38,107 nucleotides of DNA from Octopus bimaculoides (GCF_001194135.2 NC_068986.1:115283386-115321492); one strand, 5' to 3'; positions 11,141-23,016 are shown, counted from the first letter of the stretch. The notes: generated by a model from the letters alone, not told the origin. Translations and numbers: made by a program.

Positions 11141-12082
11141 NNNNNNNNNNNNNNNNNNNNNNNNNNNNNNNNNNNNNNNNNNNNNNNNNNNNNNNNNNNN
11201 NNNNNNNNNNNNNNNNNNNNNNNNNNNNNNNNNNNNNNNNNNNNNNNNNNNNNNNNNNNNNNNNNNNNNNNNNNNNNNNNNNNNNNNNNNNNNNNNNNNN
11301 NNNNNNNNNNNNNNNNNNNNNNNNNNNNNNNNNNNNNNNNNNNNNNNNNNNNNNNNNNNNNNNNNNNNNNNNNNNNNNNNNNNNNNNNNNNNNNNNNNNN
11401 NNNNNNNNNNNNNNNNNNNNNNNNNNNNNNNNNNNNNNNNNNNNNNNNNNNNNNNNNNNNNNNNNNNNNNNNNNNNNNNNNNNNNNNNNNNNNNNNNNNN
11501 NNNNNNNNNNNNNNNNNNNNNNNNNNNNNNNNNNNNNNNNNNNNNNNNNNNNNNNNNNNNNNNNNNNNNNNNNNNNNNNNNNNNNNNNNNNNNNNNNNNN
11601 NNNNNNNNNNNNNNNNNNNNNNNNNNNNNNNNNNNNNNNNNNNNNNNNNNNNNNNNNNNNNNNNNNNNNNNNNNNNNNNNNNNNNNNNNNNNNNNNNNNN
11701 NNNNNNNNNNNNNNNNNNNNNNNNNNNNNNNNNNNNNNNNNNNNNNNNNNNNNNNNNNNNNNNNNNNNNNNNNNNNNNNNNNNNNNNNNNNNNNNTGCAT
11801 GCACACACGTACATACACACATACACACACTGACTCAGGCACACACACATGCACACACACACAAATATACATACCACATAAAGTCAGGAGGTATGAGAAG
11901 GGTATATTTTTGTTTAGCCACTTGACAGCACTAGGATTACAGCCGTTTCATAATTAATTTTATTCTGAAATTATTATTACATGAAGAAGGCTGCGAAACG
12001 GCCGTAATCGTCAGGATATCATGTGGTTAAATAAATACATCAGTCTCTCATATCTCTTTTTCTGCTTTATCATTATTATTAT

Positions 12083-12270
12083 TAGTTGTGCAGTATTTTT
12101 TCCGGCTCCTTGTGTTCTGAGTTCAACCCCTATCGAGGTGCATTTTGCCTTTCATCTATTCAGGGGCGATTAAAAAGAGTGCTAGTCGGGTATTGGGGTC
12201 GAGTACGTTCGACCAATCCGCTGCGTACCTGGCCCCATCCCACAAAAAGAAATTTCTGGCTTTGTTGAAA
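12083..12270 (+). mobile_element. Old, diverged SINE family A copy
   Basis: gttctgagttcaacccc...ttttgcctttcatctattcaggggcgattaaaa...tggggtcga; flanked by (ATT)n. Confidence 0.7.
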
Positions 12271-13125
12271 CGATTTTTATTATTGTTGCATTTGTTGTTG
12301 CTGTTATTACTGTGGTTGCTATCGTCGTCGTCGTCACTGTTGTTGTTATTGTTATTGTTGTTGTTGTTGTTGTTGTTGTTGTATCCATAACCGGCGGCTC
12401 TGCAACTACGTCGGGAATCTTCGGTCAGGAATTTACTCAGACGAAGAAAACGACGACGGAGTTGTTTTGAAATCTCTTTGTTCCTTGATGTTCCTTTTGG
12501 GGAATTGTGTTAACACCATCGCAGTCAGTTGGCTGTAAAGGTGTGTGTGTATGTGTGTGTGCGTGTGTGTGTGTGGTGGGGGCAGTCTCTAGTGGCTCTT
12601 GAACTCTATATGTTAACAGTATTTAGATAATAGTGACGGAATACTTTCGACATTGTGGAAAAAGATGAAGTACTCACAGCGGCGAAAATACCCCCAGAAA
12701 AAAACCCCGCATGTCCTTTGATGTAGTGTGAGTAATCCATTCCTGTTATGACCTTTATACCAATCAGAACTGTTCCTGTGGTACTTCAGTTCTTATAGTA
12801 TCTTGTTTGCTCTAGAAATATCGCAGATGTGGCAGAATATAAGAGAGTGGGGTTTGTTCAAGGCAGCATTTGCACCCCAATGTGGACAGGAGACTTGCTA
12901 AAAATAGCAGAGAAATCGTTTACAAATTACAACCTATCTTCTGTCTTGCAAAAGGAGGGATACAATTGGAAATATATTCTTCAATAAGAAATGACCAAGT
13001 GTGATACGGAATGGTTATGACATAGAATTCCATCAATCAAGGCCTGCGTGGTTAGAGTTTGATTTGAAATGAAACAATTACGCCATAAGTAAGAACAATA
13101 AAATGACAAGAAGAGAGCAAGATTG

Positions 13126-13493
13126 TTTGTTGGCTCTCCGTCGCTTACGACGTCGAGGGTTCCAGTTGATCCGATCAACGGAACAGCCTGCTCGTGAAAT
13201 TAACGTGCAAGTGGCTGAGCACTCCACAGACACGTGTACCCTTAACGTAGTTCTCGGGGATATTCAGCGTGACACAGTGTGACAAGGCTGACCCTTTGAA
13301 TTACAGGCACAACAGAAACAGGATGTAAGAGTGAGAAAAAGTTGTGGTGAAAGAGTACAGCAGGGTTCGCCACCATCCCCTGCCGGAGCCTCGTGGAGCT
13401 TTAGGTGTTTTCGCTGAATAAACACTCACAACGCCAGGTCTGGGAATCGAAACCGCGAGTCCGCTGCCCTAACCACTGGGCCATTGCGTCTCC
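13126..13493 (-). mobile_element. SINE family B2, full length except 14-bp head deletion
   Basis: Reverse complement colinear with 26740-27124; possible 7-bp TSD gcaagat at 13117-13123 and 13498-13504. Confidence 0.93.
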
Positions 13494-13524
13494 ACGTGCA
13501 AGATAGAACCAACCAACCAAGTTC

Positions 13525-14256
13525 TTTCTAACTGGCGATTCTGGGTTTTTCCACTCCATACTCTGCCTTTTGGATTCTGGCTCAAAGTAATAGAGCCAGG
13601 TCTCAAATCCTGTAACTATTCTCGCCAAAACAAGCTTCGCCTTCATCGTTGTAGTGGTGAAGTTATCGTTGGCAGACCTCCACAAGATTGCGCTTATACG
13701 CTTCGGTAAGCTCTCTTGGCACCATTCTCGCACGACTACAGAAGCGAAGCTTGTCGTGGATGATTTCGTATGCAAAACCATGACTAATTTTCAAAGAACA
13801 TGTCACCTCATTAAGGATCACTCGTCGGTTCGCCAAAACTATCTCTTGAGCTTGTTGAATATGCATGAAAATGGTAGAGGATGATGGGCGTCCTGTTCCG
13901 TCTTCGTATTTCGTGCTTGTCCGGCCATTCTTAAACTCCTCGATCGACTTATACACTTCTATGCAGTAGAATGCTGTCCCTGTTTTGTACTGAAACCATA
14001 CGATGAATTTCACACCTTCTGACCAGATAATTCGGATCACTAATCTCTGTTCTTCCTTGGTGAGTACTACCAGCGAAGCGGCCATGTTTAATCTGTAGCA
14101 CAAGAAAGAAAACTGGAACGATAGAGGTCAAAGCTCAGTTCTGAAAGTAACCACAAGAGTTTCTGCCTTTTAGCAAGCGGGCGCTGAAAGTAGAGCAGCC
14201 AACCGATAGAGAGTTTTGGTGAAACTTCTTGACTTCTTGACTTCCCCTTACACGTA
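13525..14256 (-). mobile_element. Mariner transposon relic 1 (5' end, HTH region, first catalytic motif mutated)
   Basis: EEQRLVIR...FKNGRTS...GRPSS (HTH), MVPRELT (WVPxEL motif), RIVTGFETWLYYFEPESKRQSMEWK (TGDETW with D to F); truncated before the other two aspartates. Confidence 0.92.
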
Positions 14257-14332
14257 TACATACGTATATACACAAGTATACATGTATGCAGATAAACATA
14301 TACACGTACATGTATACATTACATAATGTATG

Positions 14333-14412
<80 letters not shown>

Positions 14413-14415
<3 letters not shown>

Positions 14416-14795
14416 GGGGGAGTACACTAAAGTAACCGGAAATGTTCTCTGTGGGACAAGCCCGTTGTAATTCAGGATCTCCGCCGCTAGCACCCACTTG
14501 ATGCGACCCTCAGGCATCAGTCTGCCAACCGTCGTTGTCGACTGAGGTTGTACTGCCACGTGGTGTTTCTTTGTATTGCAGTGCTTCTCCGCTGTTTGTC
14601 GAATTTTGCGATGGCTGAAACGAAGGAACAGCGTGCTTCCGTGAAATTCTGTTTTCTGCTGGGGAAAATGGCGGCCGGAACAGTTGTCATGCTTCGAACA
14701 ACTTACATGAGCAAAACACAAGTTTACAAGTGATTTTCAGGCTTTAGGAATGGTTACCTGTCGCTTGAGTAACAACCCCGTTCAGGGCAACGAAT
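14413..14795 (+). mobile_element. Mariner transposon relic 2 (5' TIR and N-terminus)
   Basis: TIR-like tacgggggagtacactaaagtaaccggaa; from ATG 14611 MAETKEQRASVKFCFLLGKMAAGTVVMLRTTYMSKTQVYK*FSGFRNG...PRSG. Confidence 0.88.
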
Positions 14796-14821
14796 CAAAA
14801 TTGGAATGAAAATAGTCATAT

Positions 14822-15412
14822 TGTTTCCGACCAAATGATTTTGAAGACTACGGAATAAATGATAATCAGATGGGGCAATGTGCAGCGAATATGGTTGGTG
14901 GGGAATCGTTTCCCATTCAAACTGTTCCAGCCTCTGGAATGTCATCCTCGTTGTATGTGGACGAGCATTATCCTGATGGAAGAACACCTTTCGCCTTGAC
15001 GCCAAAGATGGTCGTTTTCCTTCTAGCGCTGACTTAAGCCGTTCAAACTACTCGCAGTAGATCTCTTTTGTTATCGTTTGGTTTGGGTTTAAAAGTTCAA
15101 AGTGGACTAAACCTTTCATATCCAACCAAACAGATAACAACGCGCAGGTGTTGATGAGTGGTTGAATGACCAAATTCAAGCTTCCTCAATAGTTACGATG
15201 GGATTTTGTTCCACCAGGGTCTGCAGGATAACCTCATCAAGCTCTACAGATCTTTGAGGACGAGGCTCGTCTTCTAGGCTGTAGTTTCCGACTCGGAATC
15301 TCTGGAATCACCGTTGACACTGGCTTACGCTTAATGCCCGATCCCCATATACTGCGTTGTTGCCTTTATTGAACTCAGAAAGTAAAATATGCTGAATATG
15401 CTCCTTTGTCAT
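14822..15412 (-). mobile_element. Mariner transposon relic 3 (DD34D, internally deleted)
   Basis: MTKEHIQHILLSEFNKG...CQR*FQRFRVGNYSLEDEPR...; LSVWLDMKGLVHFELLNPNQTITKEIYCE*FERLKSALEGKRP...HQDNARPH...PYSLHIAPSDYHLFRSLQNHL; 34 residues between the last two D; WVPHEL and first-D region missing. Confidence 0.93.
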
Positions 15413-15819
15413 TTCTATTATAGCTTTGAAAAAATAACTGTTAAACTCGAACTGCGTTCTTCAAAATTTTCACTAAGAATAAGTAGAAGGTAAAAATTAC
15501 TACCTGCTTTTATAGCAAGTTGATGTTGGTAGTTTATTCCGTCCCCCTCTGACTTTTAGTTCACGTTAAACTGTCGTATGTCAAAATTCGCTCAAATGCG
15601 TTTTTTTTTTTTCAATATTTAATTTTGCTTGCAATAGCCGGTTCTTTTGGTCAAACTATCGTATCTCCAGCTACTTTCAAATGAAAATTGTCAAAGTGTA
15701 GTGTAACGGTTTAGCATTTTTCTAAAGTGTAGTAAGTCCCACATACGACAGCATTGAAAATGCATAGAGTTACGATTTTATGCACCCAACAAAGTATTAT
15801 TGTTAAGCTGAAACTGTTG

Positions 15820-15894
<75 letters not shown>

Positions 15895-15898
<4 letters not shown>

Positions 15899-16050
15899 CG
15901 ACAGGCTTCTTTAAGTTTCCGTCTACCAAATCCTCTCACAAGGCTTTGGTCGGCTCGAGGCTACAGTAGAAGGTGCCACACAGTGGGACTGAACCCAGAG
16001 CCATGTGGTTGGTAAGCAAGCTAGTTACCGCATAGCCACTCCTGCGCCTA
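15895..16050 (-). mobile_element. SINE family C, 5' half ending in TA/TG microsatellite
   Basis: Matches consensus head; small deletion in the CORE-like segment. Confidence 0.9.
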
Positions 16051-16072
16051 TGTGTGTATGTGTGTGTATATA

Positions 16073-16104
<32 letters not shown>

Positions 16105-16137
16105 GATAGATACATACATACATACATTCATATATAT

Positions 16138-16177
<40 letters not shown>

Positions 16178-16234
16178 GTTGACATACACACACACGTACC
16201 AGTAAATGTTCTTGAATGAAAAATTTTTTTCTAG

Positions 16235-16362
16235 AATGAAGAATACTTCAGTTGACGCATTAAGTGGGACCGTGTCCCATAATGCATTTGCAGCGTTGTT
16301 ATCGTCATTTTGGAAGATTTGTAACATGGACGCCAAAGCCAGGACGATACTAAATACCACGG
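16235..16362 (+). CDS. Candidate internal coding exon of unknown gene
   Basis: ttttttttctag acceptor, ACGG|gtaact donor, one open frame (MKNTSVDALSGTVSHNAFAALLSSFWKICNMDAKARTILNTT); no recognisable homology. Confidence 0.25.
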
Positions 16363-17657
16363 GTAACTTCCATATCAACAGTAACGTTGGCAGGATCTAG
16401 ATTTAAGGAAGGGGTGGAGACAGGCATATATGGTCAGACCAAACAGGTTTTGAATGTCATCGTATCACCCAGACAACAACCATTGTATACTGAAGGGAGA
16501 AATGTGTAGAGCACGTACATAATACTACACAGCATTGAAACTAATAAAACATTTACGGAATATGTGAAGAACTTTTCTAAGTATTTCCAATGTACTGCTG
16601 TTCCAAGTCAACCAAGGAATGCCGGACTAACTTACTTGAATAGAATATTGGAGAAACAATATATATAAATAGAAAAATATGCATAGGTATCCACTCAAAA
16701 ACACTCACGCATACATACAGATACACACACACACACACACACACGTATTTATACAAAAATACATGCGTGTGTGCTTGTGGTAATGATAGACAGTTGCACC
16801 CATTAGACAATTCTCACCTAAACTCAACGTCACACTGTATGGCACAGCGTTGGCCTATTTGAAATAATGGTACAGTCAACCTAGCCAGCTTGCATACTTT
16901 ACGTGTGACTAGTTTCACTCACGACGTTATAAAGACATTCAAACACACACACACACACACACACTTATATACATTTTATGTTCTTTATTCTCTTACAGTC
17001 TGTTCGTGGGACTAGCTCCGAACGAAGTGGGTAGCCACAGTTTCGCTTTCACAACTCACGTCTGCTTTCAATGAATACCCTCAACGGACAACCTGCTATT
17101 TATCAGTGTTTTTGAAGACAGGATGTCATGTCGACTGACAACAACGACAGCAAATGATATTTACATTGGATGGCATCTATTTCAGGCATTGTTTTCACTA
17201 GAAATCTCGTTTAATTATGTTTTCTTTTCATTTTGAGCTTTATATTTGGACAAGATATTCGCCATGTCGCTGCTGACGGTAAAATGCTTATGTAAGTATA
17301 TGTCTGTATCTATAAGACAATTATGTATAATAGTATTCAGTGTATGTATGTGTATGTGTATGTGTGTGTGTGCGTGCGTGTACATACACATACACACACA
17401 TATACATATAAACGCATATATATATATATGCGTTTATATGTATATGTGTGTATGTGTTTGTACACGCACACAAACACACACACACACACATATATACACA
17501 TATATGCACACATATACATATATGTGCGTGTGTGCATCTTAAAACTTGACTAAAAGTATATTTATAAATACGCACACACATGCGTATATGTTTCCGCTTG
17601 TGGGTTTATAATTTATTTCGCCGTTACATGATTGAACCCACGTGACATGATACAGAC

Positions 17658-17688
<31 letters not shown>

Positions 17689-17707
17689 CATACATACATA
17701 CATGCGT

Positions 17708-17759
<52 letters not shown>

Positions 17760-17843
17760 NNNNNNNNNNNNNNNNNNNNNNNNNNNNNNNNNNNNNNNNN
17801 ATATATATATACATATATGTATATGTGTGTGTGTGTGTGTGTT

Positions 17844-17875
<32 letters not shown>

Positions 17876-18064
17876 TGTTTTTTCTGTCTATCTATCTACT
17901 TGTCTGTCTGTCTATCTGTCTGGCTGTGTGTCTGCCTTTCGGAATATACACAGAAACCCATTAATAAAAATCGTGTTTTATCGATCATCACACACAAGAC
18001 AAGCAGTAAATGTTTGAAAGTGTTACATATATTTTTACAAATAACATTTTATAGTCATTTAAAC

Positions 18065-18300
18065 CACTGAATGTGATGAGAGTCACAAGAATGTGGTCTA
18101 GATCATGCGACCGTTGATATGACAGCTCGCAACATGATGTGACAGAGCTCACACCAACAATATGTCACATGGCTCACACCAACACGATGTGACATAGATC
18201 ATGACACCACTTGATGTAACAGAGCTCGCAGCAGCACTTCTTGTGACATAGATCAAGTACCCTGTGATGTGTCATAATTCACAAGACCATTTGACATGTT
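18065..18300 (+). repeat. Degenerate about 25-bp minisatellite (gatgtgacagagctcacaccaacac-like)
   Basis: Recurring gatgtgaca / tgtgacatagatca motifs at 20-28 bp spacing. Confidence 0.65.
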
Positions 18301-18582
18301 TATAACATACGACGTCAACCGAGGCGATCTCGGCCATGCGATTCAGCTCCACATCTTCGAGGTGGGTTTCTAACAGTTATGGACGAAACTATTCAGAAGA
18401 AATGGTGCTGACTCGTCCAGGCTTTTATCTGATACGACTATGCTAAGGCAAGAATCTTTCTGANNNNNNNNNNNNNNNNNNNNNNNNNNNNNNNNNNNNN
18501 NNNNNNNNNNNNNNNNNNNNNNNNNNNNNNNNNNNNNNNNNNNNNNNNNNNNNNNNNNNNNNNTATATACATATATATATAT

Positions 18583-18790
18583 ATTCTTTCATTCTTTTAC
18601 TTGTTTCAGACATTTGACTGCAGCCATGCTTGAGCACCGCCTTTAGTCGAGCCAATCGACCCCAGAGCTTATTGTTTGTAAGCCTAGTACTTATTCTATC
18701 GGTAGAAGACACTTGCCCAAGGTGCCACGCAGTGGGACTGACCCTAGGACCATGTGGTTGGTAAGCAAGCTACTTACCACACAGCCACTC
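18583..18790 (-). mobile_element. SINE family C with about 165-bp internal deletion
   Basis: ttattctatcggt joins directly to agaagacacttgccc (18703/18704); the equivalent of 1808-1973 is missing. Confidence 0.9.
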
Positions 18791-18849
18791 AATCGGCTCT
18801 ATGCTACATAAAGTTTCGCAGACTTCTAACAGAAACTTGGCTCATTCAG

Positions 18850-18945
18850 GCGTAGACTACCGAATGAAGAAGCACAGGAAGTCCTAGATGGCTACTGGAA
18901 CATGGGATGCTATTGGTCAGGGCGGGCCACATTGTGTTCTTCAAG
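18850..18945 (+). CDS. Candidate 96-bp symmetric exon of unknown gene
   Basis: ctcattcag acceptor, CAAG|gtgaga donor, open frame RRLPNEEAQEVLDGYWNMGCYWSGRATLCSS; no recognisable homology. Confidence 0.2.
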
Positions 18946-20110
18946 GTGAGATCGGCATTCCAGTGACTCCAGATGCATTAGAAAGAATTTTTGCTACCGC
19001 ATGGTTGGACAGAGAACTGATGGTGTCTTGACATCTTGGAAGCTGACAGAAGCAAAACCGGCGAGTGTGTGCGTGGGCATACCAGACATATGGGGGCGGA
19101 AATATGGGTGTGTGTGTGTGCATGAGTGTGTGTGTACCCGTGCAAACACGTGTGCGTTAGTGCTTGCTATATATGCGTACGTATGCGAATGTGTTTAGGA
19201 TACACGTATGGGTGCGTGTGCCAAAGTAGATGCGTAGATACACACAAACGCGCACGTACACACCCGCGCACGTACACACCCGCACACGTATACACCCGCG
19301 CACACACACGCACAGACACACANNNNNNNNNNNNNNNNNNNNNNNNNNNNNNNNNNNNNNNNNNNNNNNNNNNNNNNNNNNNNNNNNNNNNNNNNNNNNN
19401 NNNNNNNNNNNNNNNNNNNNNNNNNNNNNNNNNNNNNNNNNNNNNNNNNNNNNNNNNNNNNNNNNNNNNNNNNNNNNNNNNNNNNNNNNNNNNNNNNNNN
19501 NNNNNNNNNNNNNNNNNNNNNNNNNNNNNNNNNNNNNNNNNNNNNNNNNNNNNNNNNNNNNNNNNNNNNNNNNNNNNNNNNNNNNNNNNNNNNNNNNNNN
19601 NNNNNNNNNNNNNNNNNNNNNNNNNNNNNNNNNNNNNNNNNNNNNNNNNNNNNNNNNNNNNNNNNNNNNNNNNNNNNNNNNNNNNNNNNNNNNNNNNNNN
19701 NNNNNNNNNNNNNNNNNNNNNNNNNNNNNNNNNNNNNNNNNNNNNNNNNNNNNNNNNNNNNNNNNNNNNNNNNNNNNNNNNNNNNNNNNNNNNNNNNNNN
19801 NNNNNNNNNNNNNNNNNNNNNNNNNNNNNNNNNNNNNNNNNNNNNNNNNNNNNNNNNNNNNNNNNNNNNNNNNNNNNNNNNNNNNNNNNNNNNNNNNNNN
19901 NNNNNNNNNNNNNNNNNNNNNNNNNNNNNNNNNNNNNNNNNNNNNNNNNNNNNNNNNNNNNNNNNNNNNNNNNNNNNNNNNNNNNNNNNNNNNNNNNNNN
20001 NNNNNNNNNNNNNNNNNNNNNNNNNNNNNNNNNNNNNNNNNNNNNNNNNNNNNNNNNNNNNNNNNNNNNNNNNNNNNNNNNNNNNNNNNNNNNNNNNNNN
20101 NNNNNNNNNN

Positions 20111-20149
<39 letters not shown>

Positions 20150-20155
<6 letters not shown>

Positions 20156-20430
20156 TGTGTGTGTGTGTGTGTCTGTGTGTCTGTGTGTGTGTCTGTGTGT
20201 ATGTCTGTGTGTGTGTATGTGTTTGTGTTTGCCCCTCCCCACATCGCTTGACAACCGATGCTGGTGTGTTTACGTCCACGCATCTTAGCATTTCGGCGAA
20301 AGAGAACCGATAGAATAAGTACTAACCTTCCAAAGAATAAGTCCTGGGGTCAATTTGCTCGACTAAAGACGGTGCTCCAGCATGGCCGCAGTCAACTGAC
20401 TGAAACAAGTAAAAGAAAAAAAAAAAGAAA
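20150..20430 (+). mobile_element. SINE family C, 3' half (5' half presumably in the gap)
   Basis: cccacatcgcttgacaaccgatgctgg...gactgaaacaagtaaaag. Confidence 0.9.
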
Positions 20431-22382
20431 AAGTAGTTTACACCTATTTACAATTGTATTGTATTCACCTATTTTTGTATTATATCCCAGCTGTACAATT
20501 CAAATTCTTCTAAATACCAAATAATCTCAACTCCAATCTCTATCGTATATTGCTAACATATTTAAAATATTTGTGAGGCGCCTTTCATGTTGTATCCTAC
20601 TTTTCAAGATTGCTTCTAAACCAAAGAAGGGAAACTTCAGAAACTCATAAATGTCCAGACGTGTTATCGAAACAGTATTATTTTACTGCAGGTTTTAATG
20701 TTATATAATTTGTTGCGGATAATTTATAGAATAAGTGGATGTTTCATTGCTGGATAATGAAAGAAATACTGGAGTACAGTGTCAATAGGACCTTTTAACA
20801 GTAAACAAAGCAATGATGAGTATTTGGGTGGGTCCTTTTGTAGATATTCGCCAGCTGAAATTGTAATAAATTTGCCGACAATATATAGTTTTATTGACGT
20901 GACTATCAGTCTGTGTGTGTGTGTGGTTAAGTGTGACATTCAACGTAGAATAATCTTAAAATACTTTCTAATACAAACAAGCAATCCCGCACCCAATAAA
21001 TAAACAGAGGAAATGCAACAATGAAAGGTCAAAATGAAGCAAAATATGAACTATCACATCGAATTGTTACTCGAGGTGTCACGTGTTACAAAAAACACGT
21101 GACGCAACAAAGTGTTGGTATGCATATCTGACAAGAATCAAGACGATGTTATGATGACCCAATGATGAACGAGTGACACTCGAAACATTGAGAGAAATAT
21201 AAGCCGTTTATTTGGAGAATTTTAAAAGAAACTGAGTGAGTTCCAACCATCCCTTTTTCTATACGCCAGTATATACATACCTATGTACATGCAAACATAC
21301 ATACATATGGGTATATATATATATATATATATATNNNNNNNNNNNNNNNNNNNNNNNNNNNNNNNNNNNNNNNNNNNNNNNNNNNNNNNNNNNNNNNNNN
21401 NNNNNNNNNNNNNNNNNNNNNNNNNNNNNNNNNNNNNNNNNNNNNNNNNNNNNNNNNNNNNNNNNNNNNNNNNNNNNNNNNNNNNNNNNNNNNNNNNNNN
21501 NNNNNNNNNNNNNNNNNNNNNNNNNNNNNNNNNNNNNNNNNNNNNNNNNNNNNNNNNNNNNNNNNNNNNNNNNNNNNNNNNNNNNNNNNNNNNNNNNNNN
21601 NNNNNNNNNNNNNNNNNNNNNNNNNNNNNNNNNNNNNNNNNNNNNNNNNNNNNNNNNNNNNNNNNNNNNNNNNNNNNNNNNNNNNNNNNNNNNNNNNNNN
21701 NNNNNNNNNNNNNNNNNNNNNNNNNNNNNNNNNNNNNNNNNNNNNNATATATATATATATATAAATAAATATATGAGTCTGTGTATTTGTGCGCACAGGC
21801 GTGTGTGTATGTGTGTGTGTGTGTAGATATAAAAGTATGTATAAGAGTTATCTATTCATAAACACATATAGAAACATATATATGCAAACACAAAAGGATA
21901 TTTTTATATGTATATGTATACACACATGTATACATTCATACATATGTGTATGTGTGTGTGCGCCTGCGTGTGTGTGTGTGTTTGTGTGTTTGTGTGTAGA
22001 GTTCTGCTGATTCAATGGTAGGATCCAAGCGTGAGACCGGTGTTCGATTCTTGTATTGATTTGTTTCCCATCCGACATGTCGCTTGTGAAAATCTGGAGG
22101 GTGATGGGTGCGTTTTCTCTAGGCTGTGCAGTGAATAGGGCTTTTGGACAATTGATACACACCTCACATCAATGAAGGTCAGACACTTGATTTCATTTAT
22201 CGCTCTGGTGCGTGGGATAACACGCGTATGCATACATACACACACACACACACACGCGCGCGCGCATACACAAACACACACACGCACACAAGCACACACA
22301 CACACACACACTAACATAGACTCAAGCATAAATCTCACAAATGCAATCTCGATTCATGGGCATATACGTAACTTATCTACCT

Positions 22383-22705
22383 GCAAGTGTCTTCTACTAT
22401 AGCCTCGGGCCGACCAAAGCCTTGTGAGTGGATTTGGTAGACGGAAACTGAAAGAAGCCTGTCGTATATATGTATATATATATATGTATGTGTGTATGTG
22501 TTTGTATGTCTGTGTTTGTTCCCCCAACATCGCTTGACAACCCATGCTGGTGTGTTTATGTCCCCGTAACTTAGTGGTTCGGCAAAATAGACCGATAGAA
22601 TAAGTACTAGACTTCCAAAGAATAAGTCCTGGGGTCGATTTGCTCGACTAAAGGCGGTGCTCCAGCATGGCCACAGTCAAAAGACTGAAACAAGTAAAAG
22701 AGTAA
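22383..22705 (+). mobile_element. SINE family C, lacking tRNA head
   Basis: Starts at gcaagtgtcttctac; colinear with the 28242 copy to the tail. Confidence 0.92.
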
Positions 22706-22769
22706 ACATACACTTACACATTTTAATGCATATCTATCTATCTATTTATCTATCTATCTACCTATCTAT

Positions 22770-22883
22770 CTATTTACTTCGCAATCACAAAGTTCCGTGT
22801 TCAGTCTCATTGCGTGGTATCTTGAGTAAGAGCCTTCTACTATAAGCCTCGGGTCGACCAAAGCCTTGTGAGCGAATTTGGTA
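22770..22883 (+). mobile_element. SINE family C 5' part, diverged (left arm of fold-back pair)
   Basis: gttccgtgttcagtctc...gcctcgggtcgaccaaagccttgtgagcgaatttggta. Confidence 0.85.
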
Positions 22884-23016
22884 ATCCACTCACAATGCTT
22901 TGGTCGGCCCGAGGCTATAGTAGAAGACACTTGCCCAAGGTGCCACGCTAGGGACTGAACTCGGAACCATGTTGTTCGTAAGCAAGCTACTTACCACACA
23001 GCCACTCCTACGCCTA
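22884..23016 (-). mobile_element. SINE family C 5' part (right arm of fold-back pair)
   Basis: Reverse complement begins taggcgtaggagtggctgtgtggtaag and ends at gtgagtggat. Confidence 0.92.

Noticed and set aside
12624-12730. Possible exon YLDNSDGILSTLWKKMK...
   Set aside because: Weak acceptor and an in-frame stop before the best donor
16392-16415. Harbinger-like TIR ggcaggatctagattt
   Set aside because: Single short match with no partner end or TSD
16999-17030. Strong + strand acceptor ttctttattctcttacag
   Set aside because: Joining to the 16362 donor gives an immediate stop, and no convincing donor follows
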